64,000 nucleotides of DNA, from assembly GCA_049890075.1 (NCBI GenBank), contig JBMHCE010000055.1, positions 9,435-73,434 on the forward strand. The letters run 5' to 3'. Of this stretch, positions 53,201-63,621 are shown piece after piece (position 1 is the stretch's first letter; each line of letters begins with the position of its first letter). Below the pieces are notes generated by a model. The model saw only the letters and a program-made list of their open reading frames with translations, made no database searches and was not told the DNA's origin. Source of the stretch: Chitinophagales bacterium. GTDB taxonomy: Bacteria > Bacteroidota > Bacteroidia > Chitinophagales > UBA8649. The position numbers and the translations under genes were made by a program.

Positions 53201-55816
53201 ATGCCAGAAACATACCTGGGAGAAAACACATGGATTGGAAAACTAGGTCAACTGCTAACCTTATCTGCCTTCATTCTAGCCATCGCTTCCATTGTCTTTT
53301 ATCTAGTCGCTGAGCGGCGTATAAAACAAGATGATCATGCGACCTTTTGGTCCAAACAAGGGAGGATTGCATTTGGACTTCATACACTCAGTGTTATTGG
53401 GATTTTCGGACTGCTTCTCTACATGATTGTTGGTCAATTCTATGAATATGATTATGTCTACAATCACTCATCGAGAAGCTTACCCCTTAAATATGTGATC
53501 TCCGCTTTTTGGGAAGGCCAGGAAGGATCCTTTCTGCTTTGGATTTTTTGGCATAGTATACTCGGCTTATGCCTGATGCGATGGGCCGGTAAATGGGAGT
53601 ATCCTACCATGCTTGTCCTCAGTATTGCCCAAGCGCTGCTTTTGAGCATGGTACTAGGCATTCATATTGGTACGACGAAAATTGGAATCAACCCTTTCCT
53701 GCTACTCCGCGAAAAATACCTTCACCTCGCATTAAACGAAAACTACCTTTCCCTAATTACCGATGGAGAAGGCCTCAATGCCTTATTGCAAAACTATTGG
53801 ATGGTCATTCATCCACCTGTACTTTTCTTGGGATTTGCATCAACTATTATTCCTTTTGCCTTTGTGCTTGGAGCCATATGGCGTGGGGACCAAAAAACAT
53901 GGATACCTGCTGCCCTGCCATGGACCCTCTTTGCTGCAGGTGCTCTCGGAACAGGAATTTTCATGGGTGGCGCATGGGCCTATGAATCGCTGAGTTTTGG
54001 GGGGTTTTGGGCTTGGGATCCTGTAGAAAACGCTTCCTTAGTTCCGTGGCTGCTTCTGATTGCTGGCCTTCATACCCTTCTAATCGCGCGCTATACCGGA
54101 CGTCAAATTGGATTAACCTATCTCCTATTGAGCTTAGGGTTTATTCTTGTGGCATACTCTACTTACCTCACTCGAAGTGGTGTGCTAACGGATACATCAG
54201 CCCATTCATTTGTTGACGCAGGACTCAACCATCACCTTGTTATCTTTTTAGCGATCATATGCCTTCCTAGTCTTGCTCTTGTCGCCTACGGTTGGTACAA
54301 AAGCACTAAAGTTCCTGAAGAAGAAGCTTTGTTATCCAGAGAATTTTGGCTTTTTGTGGGAAGTATTTTATTCAGTCTTTCAGCGGTTGTGATTGCCATT
54401 ACAACCTCATTTCCTGTGATAAATAAGGTCTTTGCCACGGAATATTCCATTGCCAACCCTGAAGAATGGTACAACAACTCACAGATGATTTTAGGTATTT
54501 TGCTAGCCTTGTTGGCAGCCTTTAGTCAATTCTTAGTCTACAAAGTTGGTCGCCCAATAAAGCAGTTAAAGCCGACATTAATAGTAAGCTTACCTGCTTC
54601 CGTTGTAGTGACCATTGCCCTTGGTTTTCAGTATGAGATAGATTTCCTTTCTCAATATTCGTGGGGATCGTTTATTTCGGCTTATTGGCTATTACTGTGG
54701 TCTGGAATCCTTGTTTCTTTGACCAACGCTTATTATCTGATAGCTGTTCAACAAAAGCGTTGGAAAATCTGGGGTAGCTCGTTAAGCCATATTGGATTTG
54801 GCATCTTACTCGTAGGGATAGTTGTTAGCCAATACAAACAGCAAGTCCTTACTGAGAATGCGATATCTGAAGGAGAACTCCAAGTGTTTTACACCCAAAA
54901 CAATATCACCGATCCTGAGGAACAAGAGCAATACCGAGATTTCTTTTTTACCACCTTGTTCATGGAGGAAAACCAAACGTATCCGCTTGGAGAGTACACC
55001 GTTGAATACTTAGGTAGTTATCAAGGAGACCTCGACAAGCGGTTTTTCAAATTTCAATTCACAAACAATCAATCTAATGAGTCTTTTGTCGTTGAGCCTT
55101 TTTGGCAAACAATGGATGAGATGGGCAATCCAGCAAGTAATCCCGGAACGAAGCACTTCCTCCTCAAAGATGTCTTTACCACGGTAGGAAGCTTTACAGA
55201 AGCTCAGGCGGAACAATCAACTACCATCCCAGAAGGATCGGTGCAAATGCTTGGTAAGCAGCGAGCCGTCTTTAACTCAAGCAATAAGGAAAACCTACTG
55301 CTCTTTTATGGAGTGGATACCATAGAGCGATATCAGGCACACTACATCAAGGACTCAAGCATCTATGTGAATCGAGGTGTTTTGACATGGGCCAGCAGTC
55401 CTGAAAATCAACTAACATATACCAGCTACAGTTCCGATGATTCAGCTTCGATGCCGTGGAATCAGGAACAGATTGCTGTTCTGCAAGCCAAGTCGAGTAT
55501 ATTGTTTACCTCCCAACCAACCACTGATTCCGCCATAACGGTTCAGGAGGTTATTCTTTCGGACGGAAGTCGCATAGACACTATAAGCCTAGATGCCCTA
55601 GTCAATGAAGCCTTTCGAACGAGCCAGGGACAACTCCAGCAATTTAGCGTTGACCAAGAGAGTCAATCGCTATCGAGCACCCTCTACCAACCGGAACAAG
55701 TGCGCTTAGAAGCCGTTGTGTTTCCCCAGATAAAACTTATCTGGCTTGGAGGCATCCTAATGATGGGTGGCTTATTGCTGAGTGCAGGATATCGGTTTAC
55801 ACAGAGAAGCAAGTAA
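53201..55816 (+). CDS. ccmF: Cytochrome c biogenesis heme lyase CcmF
   Basis: WEGQEGS, LLQNYWMVIHPP, WWD domain WAYESLSFGGFWAWDPVENAS, LTRSG..SAHSF. Confidence 0.92.
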   Translation: MPETYLGENTWIGKLGQLLTLSAFILAIASIVFYLVAERRIKQDDHATFWSKQGRIAFGLHTLSVIGIFGLLLYMIVGQFYEYDYVYNHSSRSLPLKYVISAFWEGQEGSFLLWIFWHSILGLCLMRWAGKWEYPTMLVLSIAQALLLSMVLGIHIGTTKIGINPFLLLREKYLHLALNENYLSLITDGEGLNALLQNYWMVIHPPVLFLGFASTIIPFAFVLGAIWRGDQKTWIPAALPWTLFAAGALGTGIFMGGAWAYESLSFGGFWAWDPVENASLVPWLLLIAGLHTLLIARYTGRQIGLTYLLLSLGFILVAYSTYLTRSGVLTDTSAHSFVDAGLNHHLVIFLAIICLPSLALVAYGWYKSTKVPEEEALLSREFWLFVGSILFSLSAVVIAITTSFPVINKVFATEYSIANPEEWYNNSQMILGILLALLAAFSQFLVYKVGRPIKQLKPTLIVSLPASVVVTIALGFQYEIDFLSQYSWGSFISAYWLLLWSGILVSLTNAYYLIAVQQKRWKIWGSSLSHIGFGILLVGIVVSQYKQQVLTENAISEGELQVFYTQNNITDPEEQEQYRDFFFTTLFMEENQTYPLGEYTVEYLGSYQGDLDKRFFKFQFTNNQSNESFVVEPFWQTMDEMGNPASNPGTKHFLLKDVFTTVGSFTEAQAEQSTTIPEGSVQMLGKQRAVFNSSNKENLLLFYGVDTIERYQAHYIKDSSIYVNRGVLTWASSPENQLTYTSYSSDDSASMPWNQEQIAVLQAKSSILFTSQPTTDSAITVQEVILSDGSRIDTISLDALVNEAFRTSQGQLQQFSVDQESQSLSSTLYQPEQVRLEAVVFPQIKLIWLGGILMMGGLLLSAGYRFTQRSK

Positions 55817-55833
55817 ACCCTACTTTTACAAGT

Positions 55834-56622
55834 ATGAAAAGCTGGCGTATTGCCCTTGTAGGCTCAGGTAGAATGGCACATAACCTTAGCGAAGGATTTG
55901 TACAAAACGGACATGTCATATCCCATTTGATTGCTCGTCCATCTGAAAAAGCCACAGCTTTATCTCAGCATTTACATGCGCAATGGGTTTCGTTTGACAA
56001 CTTACAGCTTGAGGGTCTTGCACAAGTTGACCTTATTGTACTTGCTGTCTCAGATGATGTTATTGAAGCAACAGCATCCTGGTTTGCTCAAGACGTTCAA
56101 CAGCGCATTCCAATAGTCCACACCGCAGCATCAATCTCTATGGAAAGCCTTAGGGTGTTTCAACGCTTCGGAGTATTTTATCCATTTCAAACTATGACCA
56201 TTGGTCGAACAATTGCTTGGAATGAGGTTCCTATTCTTATTGAAGCCAATGACAAAGAACTTGAGCTTAAATTGATGGAACTCGCTAAAACCATCAGCAC
56301 AAAAACGCAAATCATGACACACGCCCAGCGCAAAGCACTACACCTTGCTGGGGTCTACGTCAATAACTTTACGAATCACCTAATAACCCTAGCTCAAGAT
56401 TATTTAGAAGAGCATTCGATTGATTCCTCACTAACGCATGCTTTAGTACAAGAAACGATGCTTAAAGTGTTAGAGATTGGACCACAAAAAGCACAAACGG
56501 GTCCTGCGATTAGAGGGGATGAGAAAACTATAGCCGCTCATCTTGCCGAACTCCAAGACAAGGAAAAGCTTGCTAATATTTATAAGGAACTCAGTGAAAG
56601 TATCCGAGGTCATCATCAATAA
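55834..56622 (+). CDS. Rossmann-like DUF2520 domain protein
   Basis: VGSGRMA, LAVSDD, GVFYPFQT, NNFTNH, QTGPAIRGD. Confidence 0.9.
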   Translation: MKSWRIALVGSGRMAHNLSEGFVQNGHVISHLIARPSEKATALSQHLHAQWVSFDNLQLEGLAQVDLIVLAVSDDVIEATASWFAQDVQQRIPIVHTAASISMESLRVFQRFGVFYPFQTMTIGRTIAWNEVPILIEANDKELELKLMELAKTISTKTQIMTHAQRKALHLAGVYVNNFTNHLITLAQDYLEEHSIDSSLTHALVQETMLKVLEIGPQKAQTGPAIRGDEKTIAAHLAELQDKEKLANIYKELSESIRGHHQ

Positions 56623-56634
56623 CATTCAGAAATA

Positions 56635-57474
56635 ATGCGCTCGCGGCTTCTGAATATTCTCTTTATCGGGATAACCATTGGTAGTGAATCAATATACCTC
56701 CACAAAGGGAGTGAACAATCCCTCGTGATTTGCAGTCTGCTCATTATATCGACCCTTTGCATTGCCCTTGCCGGCTACTTAGATAACGATTACCACGACC
56801 AGAAAATTGATCGCATAAATGGCAAAGAGGGCGTTATTGCAAGTAAGAATGCAATCTACCTCTTGTACAGCTCTGGAACAGCCCTAGGCATACTTTATAG
56901 CTGGATACAATCGCAAGGTGTTTGGATTGAAAGCCTTCTGGATGGCCTTTTCTTTTTACTACCCACTATCCTCCTGCTTCTCTATGCCTCAAGGCTAAGT
57001 AGGAATAAAGGAATTGGAAACATAGTTGTCGCAGGATTGTGTTGCTATTCCCTAGCCCTTCCCGCCCTTCTGACAAGGTCAGTAAAAAGCGATTATTGGA
57101 TCGCATTAACGCCGTTTGTCGTTGTATTGTTTCTCTCGAGCTACATCAGAGAGATAGCTAAAGATGCTGAAGATATCAAAGGAGACAAGGCATTGAACCG
57201 AACTACCCTTCCATTGGTTCTCGGAGATTTCTTTTCGCGCTTTTATAGCCTGCTTGGCTTAATGGTTTTAGCGTTGGTACTTCTAGGTTTTGGATTCTAT
57301 TATCAATACACTAAGATTACCATAGTATTGACTAGTTATCTGCTGATTTACTTTGTGACTTACTTTGTGCGGCAAAAAACGTTGACCTGGCGTCAGAAAC
57401 AACAAGCTTGGAAAGGTTTTATAGCATTGGGTGTATTGCTGCGCATCCTATTTTTACATACCGACATTCTATGA
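56635..57474 (+). CDS. UbiA-family prenyltransferase (DGGGP synthase-like)
   Basis: AGYLDNDYHDQKIDRIN, GNIVVA, REIAKDAEDIKGD..TLP; multiple TMs. Confidence 0.85.
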   Translation: MRSRLLNILFIGITIGSESIYLHKGSEQSLVICSLLIISTLCIALAGYLDNDYHDQKIDRINGKEGVIASKNAIYLLYSSGTALGILYSWIQSQGVWIESLLDGLFFLLPTILLLLYASRLSRNKGIGNIVVAGLCCYSLALPALLTRSVKSDYWIALTPFVVVLFLSSYIREIAKDAEDIKGDKALNRTTLPLVLGDFFSRFYSLLGLMVLALVLLGFGFYYQYTKITIVLTSYLLIYFVTYFVRQKTLTWRQKQQAWKGFIALGVLLRILFLHTDIL

Positions 57475-58049
57475 TCTCTACAGATAAATCAGTGATTTTA
57501 GCCTCTGGCTCACCCCGACGAAAGGAGCTATTGTCTCTTATAATCAAGCCCTTTACTTGTATATCGCTTGACATTGACGAATCCTATCCCCCTTCCATGC
57601 CTGCCCAAGAGGTAGCTGCTCATTTAGCAACAAAAAAAGCTGAGGTAGCCCATACAAGATATTCGCGGGAGACGATTCTTATCACAGCCGATACGACCGT
57701 AATCTACGACCATGAACTGCTTGAAAAACCAAGGTCCGAACAAGAGGCGGCCGAATTTCTGAACACCCTGTCCAATCGATGGCATGAGGTCGTTACAGCA
57801 GCATGTATATCCTACCGCGATCAACAATTTCTTCATACCTCTACTAACAAAGTACACTTTACAGCCATTCCAAACTATGCTATTGAAGAGTATATCCGCT
57901 CAGGCAGTCCAATGGATAAAGCAGGTGGCTACGGGATCCAAGATGACTTTGGTCGGATCTATATTGAGAAGATTGAAGGAGATTATCAAGCTATAATGGG
58001 GCTACAAATCAGTTGGGTTCGAGAGAAACTCCACCAATTGATTGGTTAA
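57471..58049 (+). CDS. maf: Maf family nucleoside triphosphate pyrophosphatase
   Basis: ILASGSPRRKELL, ADT, EKP, DKAGGYGIQ; ATGA overlap with the upstream gene. Confidence 0.93.
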   Translation: MISTDKSVILASGSPRRKELLSLIIKPFTCISLDIDESYPPSMPAQEVAAHLATKKAEVAHTRYSRETILITADTTVIYDHELLEKPRSEQEAAEFLNTLSNRWHEVVTAACISYRDQQFLHTSTNKVHFTAIPNYAIEEYIRSGSPMDKAGGYGIQDDFGRIYIEKIEGDYQAIMGLQISWVREKLHQLIG

Positions 58050-58813
58050 TTCTCCGAGGCATTTTTTCTTGCGATGCTGTAGTTAATCGCAACCCACATG
58101 CCTAAATGGCGTTCCCGTTCAGAAGCACGTACAATATATTGATGATGAAAGCCGGCTTCTACAGCACAATGTTTAATGCCTCGCCAACCAAGTCCGGCAT
58201 AAACCCAATTTTGCTGAAACTGAGCCACAGGATTATCTTTTCCTGTTGGCATTTGAACGAAGGCTTCATTGAAAAATCTCATGTAGACCTTGTCGCTTAC
58301 ATCTTCTACATAGGTTATTCTGTGGCGTAATCGATTGCGAAAAGCGAAACCATCGCGCTCAGGTATGCCTAAAGAATTACTGAAAAGAATGCTCGTAAAC
58401 CGGTGTTCCAATCGTATGGCATGCGTCAATCTTCCCTTCCATAACGGATGATAAAAAGCCACATCTTCCCAAACATTATGCTCCAAGGCAACCAGGTCAG
58501 GTTGGCCAATTCGATAAGGCCAATTTTGAATATTAGTATAACCTCCCGTCACGGTAAAATGGTCTGCCGCCTTCCATTCAACCTTAGGTCGAATCAATAA
58601 CTGAAGTGGCTCTCCCGTGAACTCTGTCATGCGCCAATGAAACTCATTGGACAAACGCACTTTGGATGAAACAGGATAATGCACCTGCATCGTTGTCCAA
58701 AGATCAGCATAGTTGTCCTGCGCTACCAAGGCTTGTTTACCTGTAAAGCAAAAACATACTAGAAGAACGCCACGCCATATTTTTTTAATACAAATCATAG
58801 AATATGCTATCAA
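58046..58813 (-). CDS. DUF2490 family outer-membrane beta-barrel protein
   Basis: Signal peptide; EHNVWE, RLEHRF, RNRLRHR, NE, QNWVYAGLG. Confidence 0.8.
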   Translation of the reverse strand: MIAYSMICIKKIWRGVLLVCFCFTGKQALVAQDNYADLWTTMQVHYPVSSKVRLSNEFHWRMTEFTGEPLQLLIRPKVEWKAADHFTVTGGYTNIQNWPYRIGQPDLVALEHNVWEDVAFYHPLWKGRLTHAIRLEHRFTSILFSNSLGIPERDGFAFRNRLRHRITYVEDVSDKVYMRFFNEAFVQMPTGKDNPVAQFQQNWVYAGLGWRGIKHCAVEAGFHHQYIVRASERERHLGMWVAINYSIARKNASEN

Positions 58814-58814
58814 A

Positions 58815-60671
58815 TTATGCTCGCAAACGAATTTGCATAATAGTACCCTTCTTAGATGATGACTTTACGTAAATTTTTCCACGATGATAGTCTTCAATAA
58901 TGCGTTTGGCTAAAGATAAACCAAGGCCCCATCCCCGTGTTTTAGTCGTGAACCCTGGTTTGAAGATCTTGCGATACGCCGATCGAGGAATTCCGCCTCC
59001 TGTATCTTCTACATCCACCATGACATAAGACCCCTTTGGATAGGCGCTGATTGTTATCGTTCCATCGCCTTGCATTGCATCCAATGCATTTTTCATTACA
59101 TTTTCAACGACCCATTCAAAAAGAGGGACATTGATTTTTACCTGGGGTAAATTGTCTGCGTAGTTTCCGTAAAACACTACACGTTCTGAGGAACGCAACC
59201 TCAGATAATTCATCATTTTTTCAAGCAATAACTCGATATTCTCACTGGATAAGTCCGGCTTAGAACCAATCTTAGAAAATCGATCAGAAATCAACTGCAG
59301 ACGATTCACATCTTTGGTAATCTCAGGGAGCATACCATATTTTCCCGGTTGGTCCGTTTCTTCATCTTGCATCATAGAAACCCAGGCATCCAATGCTGAT
59401 ATAGGCGTTCCTAACTGATGAGCCGTTTCCTTAGCCATACCAATCCAAACGCGATTTTGCTCAGCATTGCGAGATGAGTTAAACACGAAGTATCCTACCA
59501 CGCCAAAGGCAAAAATGGTGAGGTAGAAAAACACAGGAAAGTAACGCAGCTGCTTATACGTGGCTGAATTATCATAATACACTTGATAGGACGCGCCACC
59601 AAAATCAAGAGCAATAGGAGCATTTGCCTTTTGCAACGCATTGATCTCGTCTGCTAAACGCTGACCTGTGAGGGTTGAGAGTTCATACTCGTGTGCACTC
59701 ACTGCTTGTCCCATATCATCGACTACAATAATGGGGAAATCTGCACTCCGCTCAATATCCTCTAAAAATGAGTTAAGCTGATTATACGTGAGACTATTGT
59801 CGTAATATATCAATAGGTCTCGATTACTTAAATGAATCGGTATCGGCTTGTTGATTGCTTGAAGACGAAGCCTCAGCGCGTTGATATCTTCTGCTTCTTC
59901 AGGACTAAATCCATGGATAATCAATGCCTTGTTATCCTCATCTACCACTAAAATGGGAAACTCCGCATTTGCCTCGATTTCCTCCAGAAAGGCGTTTAGC
60001 CTATTATTGATAAAGGCAACGAAGCGTTTAAATGCGGAAGAATAACTCTGATACAAAATTTGATATTTACCCGAACTCCCTAGGTAAACGACGTCTTGAA
60101 ACAAGGTATCGTGTGTTTTGCCTTCCATGTCAGTAAACACAAAGCGAAACTCTTCATCTAGGTAGGATTCAATACCGCTACGCCCACCTTTATTCAGTGC
60201 ATCAATATCCTGATTGTCAGGAAGGTTACGAGCAGCTACTATTTGCTCTTCATCAGGATCGTATAAGAGTAAAGGGATGGTATTGTTGTTTAGAATTGCA
60301 TCGAAAGAAACATTACCACCGCAGTCCAATAACCGATTTTGAAACAACTCATCATAGGTCTTTAAAATCAATTTAAAATACGATTCTTCAGATGCCTTTA
60401 ACGCCACTTCAAGGGCGTCTCTTTCCGATTCAATTGCGGCAATGTTCTGTATTCGTTTAGCCCAGACTTGCACTTGGATAACCTTAGTACTATCCCTATC
60501 ATCCTGAATGGCACTCACATCCTTTACATGAAGAGCCCACTGTTCGGCCTTGAGGCGCTCGTGTTTTTCAATATCACGGACAATTACTTGCAACCTGATT
60601 AATGTCGCCAAAACGGCAACTCCAGCAATTATGAACAGCGTAAAGCGAAGAGAAAAAGGATATCTCAACAT
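58815..60671 (-). CDS. Membrane sensor histidine kinase with internally repeated periplasmic domain
   Basis: 2 TMs; EQNRVWIGMAKETAHQLGTPIS H-box; RFSKIGS; KNALDAM; GFTTKTRGWGLGL. Confidence 0.93.
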   Translation of the reverse strand: MLRYPFSLRFTLFIIAGVAVLATLIRLQVIVRDIEKHERLKAEQWALHVKDVSAIQDDRDSTKVIQVQVWAKRIQNIAAIESERDALEVALKASEESYFKLILKTYDELFQNRLLDCGGNVSFDAILNNNTIPLLLYDPDEEQIVAARNLPDNQDIDALNKGGRSGIESYLDEEFRFVFTDMEGKTHDTLFQDVVYLGSSGKYQILYQSYSSAFKRFVAFINNRLNAFLEEIEANAEFPILVVDEDNKALIIHGFSPEEAEDINALRLRLQAINKPIPIHLSNRDLLIYYDNSLTYNQLNSFLEDIERSADFPIIVVDDMGQAVSAHEYELSTLTGQRLADEINALQKANAPIALDFGGASYQVYYDNSATYKQLRYFPVFFYLTIFAFGVVGYFVFNSSRNAEQNRVWIGMAKETAHQLGTPISALDAWVSMMQDEETDQPGKYGMLPEITKDVNRLQLISDRFSKIGSKPDLSSENIELLLEKMMNYLRLRSSERVVFYGNYADNLPQVKINVPLFEWVVENVMKNALDAMQGDGTITISAYPKGSYVMVDVEDTGGGIPRSAYRKIFKPGFTTKTRGWGLGLSLAKRIIEDYHRGKIYVKSSSKKGTIMQIRLRA

Positions 60672-60827
60672 GGTGTTTTAGTCAATGCTTAACATAACGA
60701 AATTAATTGGATTCCATTGTTTTAAACCCGGTATATCATTCGACTAGACCTCAATATAAAGGCCGATTAGAGCGAAAAATCAAAATTTATCAAGACCTAA
60801 GCCCCAATTTTCCATTTATTTTGCGCT

Positions 60828-61817
60828 ATGTCAGACTTCAATCCAAGCGATATTGGCGTTAACAATGGAAATATCTTTGGATTTCCATACAACAAAGACG
60901 CTGCACAAATACATATCCTTCCCATAGCATGGGAGGCTACCGCATCCTTTGGTAGAGGGTGCGCCCAATCCTATGAAGCCATTCGTCAAGCCTCGCTACA
61001 GTTGGATTTCTATGACGACAAGGGGGCATTTTGGAAGACCCCAGTGTACATGCATGAAGCCCTAGGTGTATTGCTGAATAACCAAATAGCTCAAAAAGCA
61101 GCCAACTTGATTAATCATCTGGAAAATGGCGGTCAAATATTAGATAGAAAGGAGGAATTTGAAGAAATCAATGCCGTGTCAACATCTCTAAATTCGCTCG
61201 TCGAAGAGCACTGTGATGATTTGATAAAACAGGGCAAAAAGATCATCATTTTAGGAGGAGACCACAGTGTTCCACTAGGATTGATTAGAGCACTTGGAAA
61301 AGATGAATCGTTTGGAATCTTGCACTTTGATGCTCATGCAGATTTAAGGCCAGGATATGAAGGATTTACCTATTCGCATGCGTCCATCATGCATCACGCA
61401 AGACTCCAATCTAAGGTGAAATCCATTACCTCAATTGGATTACGTGATATCTCCCCCGAAGAAGCTAAAATTATTCGTAATGATTCGCAATTAAACGTAT
61501 ATAGCGATAAATATTTAGCTAATCAGCGGCTTGATTTACGTCCATTTAGTGAGGTAATTGAAGAAATTTTAGAGAAACTTCCGAAGAAAATCTACCTCTC
61601 TTTTGATGTAGATTGTCTTGATCCGTCGCTTTGCCCTAATACAGGAACTCCTGTCCCAGGTGGACTCAGTTGGCATGAAATTCAAGCCATTTTAGATGCG
61701 CTTTATCACAGCGATATTGACATCATTGGCGCCGATCTTTGTGAAACAGGAAACCATCCATGGGATGCCCAAGTAAGTGCTCGACTTTTATATCAGTTTA
61801 TCGGATTAATGGCTTGA
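60828..61817 (+). CDS. speB: Agmatinase / arginase family protein
   Basis: GGDHS, HFDAHADLR, SFDVDCLDP..PNTGTPVPGG. Confidence 0.88.
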   Translation: MSDFNPSDIGVNNGNIFGFPYNKDAAQIHILPIAWEATASFGRGCAQSYEAIRQASLQLDFYDDKGAFWKTPVYMHEALGVLLNNQIAQKAANLINHLENGGQILDRKEEFEEINAVSTSLNSLVEEHCDDLIKQGKKIIILGGDHSVPLGLIRALGKDESFGILHFDAHADLRPGYEGFTYSHASIMHHARLQSKVKSITSIGLRDISPEEAKIIRNDSQLNVYSDKYLANQRLDLRPFSEVIEEILEKLPKKIYLSFDVDCLDPSLCPNTGTPVPGGLSWHEIQAILDALYHSDIDIIGADLCETGNHPWDAQVSARLLYQFIGLMA

Positions 61818-61818
61818 C

Positions 61819-63621
61819 TTACGACTGTGCCTTAACCATAGCAGCAAAACGGCCATTTTGAGCAACCAAATCATCCCATGTTCCAAATTCTTGTATTTCA
61901 CCATGGTGTAAGACCATGATTTTATCTGCATTTTGAATAGTCGATAATCGGTGAGCGATTACAATACTCGTCTGATTTTTTATCAGATTCTCGACGGCAT
62001 GCTGTATGATTCGCTCGGTTTCAGTATCAATAGACGAAGTAGCTTCGTCCAATATGAGCAGTGCGGGGTCTTGAACTAACGCTCGAACAAAAGAAATCAG
62101 CTGTTTTTGCCCCATGGAGAGCATGTTTCCCCGCTCTCCTACTTGGAAGTCATAACCGCCAGGCAATCGCTCGATATACTCATGAGCACCTACAATCTTA
62201 GCCGCACGAATGATCTGTTCTCGGGAAATTGATGAGGATAACCGCACATTATCCTCAATCGATCCAGAAAAAAGAAACACATCTTGTAAGACGACCGCCA
62301 TTTGTCGTCTTAGATGCTTTAAGCTATACGTTTCAAGCAATTGGTCATCCACCATGATACTACCTGAATCCAACTCATAAAATCGCCCTAAAACATTAAT
62401 AATTGTCGTTTTTCCTGATCCAGTAGATCCTACTATCGCAAGCGTCTCACCTGGCTCGACGGTAAATGATATTCCTTTGAGAACTGCCTCTTCTGGGACA
62501 TAGCTAAATCGAACCTTGTCAAAGACAACTTTTCCTTTGAGCGGTTGTTCATTCTGCCCCTCGTCCTCAATAACAAAATCCTTATCCAACAGATCAAAGA
62601 CACGATTTGAGGCTACAAGGCCCATCTGCAACACATTAAATCGATCAGCAAGAAATCGGATTGGCCGAAACAACATATTGATTAACAAGATGTAAGTCAC
62701 CACCGTTCCTACACCACCGGGTTGCTTCACAATGTGAAGACCACCATCCCATGTTATATGGTTGACATAAAGATTGCCATCTAATATGCTGCTTGTACCC
62801 GTCCATACCATTAGACCAATAGCAACTGAAAGCAATATTTCCACGGTAGGAAAAAATATTGAATAGTACCATATAGCCCGAATGTTAGCCTTTCTGTGCG
62901 CGGCATTAATGGCATCAAACTTTGAGAATTCTTGAGCCTCTGCACCAAAAACCTGAATAACACGCATCCCACTAATTCGCTCCTGTAAAAATGCATTTAA
63001 GCGCGCTACTTGATTTCGGACATCTTGGAAGGTAACCTTAACTTTTTCCTTAAAAATGTACGTGGCATAAAGCAAAAACGGCAGACTGATCATACTGGCT
63101 AATGCCAAGGGCCAGCAAAAGACGAGCATCGAAACAATGATAACAATAAGCATTAAAATATCTGCAAAAATCAGCAGGATGCCATTAGCAAAAATATCAC
63201 TGATGGTCTCGGTGTCATTGACCGTTCTTGTTGTGCTTGTGCCTATTGGCGTGGTATCAAAATAGGTTAATCGCAAGCGCATGACATGGCCAAACACACG
63301 ATCTCTCAAATCCTTGACAACCGACTGACCCAATACTTTAGAACTATAGGTAAAGGCAAATCGAAAGACCGCCTCGGTCACCAAAACGCCAATCAAGAGA
63401 AGAAACATGGTTAGAAGTCCTTCTTGATTTTTAGGGAGAATGTAGTTATCGATAGCATCCTGCACGAGATAGGCTCGCATAGGACCGAGAAAGGCTAAAA
63501 ATATTGCTAGGACTAGGGCAGAGTAAAAAAGTAGCCGGTGAGGTTTGGATAAACCCAACACGCGCTTGAGTACCGCCAAGTCTATGACATTACCCGTTAT
63601 ATCTTGTCCCTTTTTAGCCAT
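61819..63621 (-). CDS. ABC transporter, fused permease/ATP-binding (MsbA/MdlB-like exporter)
   Basis: TM domain; GSTGSGKT, LSMGQKQ, ILDEATSSID, IAHRLST. Confidence 0.93.
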   Translation of the reverse strand: MAKKGQDITGNVIDLAVLKRVLGLSKPHRLLFYSALVLAIFLAFLGPMRAYLVQDAIDNYILPKNQEGLLTMFLLLIGVLVTEAVFRFAFTYSSKVLGQSVVKDLRDRVFGHVMRLRLTYFDTTPIGTSTTRTVNDTETISDIFANGILLIFADILMLIVIIVSMLVFCWPLALASMISLPFLLYATYIFKEKVKVTFQDVRNQVARLNAFLQERISGMRVIQVFGAEAQEFSKFDAINAAHRKANIRAIWYYSIFFPTVEILLSVAIGLMVWTGTSSILDGNLYVNHITWDGGLHIVKQPGGVGTVVTYILLINMLFRPIRFLADRFNVLQMGLVASNRVFDLLDKDFVIEDEGQNEQPLKGKVVFDKVRFSYVPEEAVLKGISFTVEPGETLAIVGSTGSGKTTIINVLGRFYELDSGSIMVDDQLLETYSLKHLRRQMAVVLQDVFLFSGSIEDNVRLSSSISREQIIRAAKIVGAHEYIERLPGGYDFQVGERGNMLSMGQKQLISFVRALVQDPALLILDEATSSIDTETERIIQHAVENLIKNQTSIVIAHRLSTIQNADKIMVLHHGEIQEFGTWDDLVAQNGRFAAMVKAQS

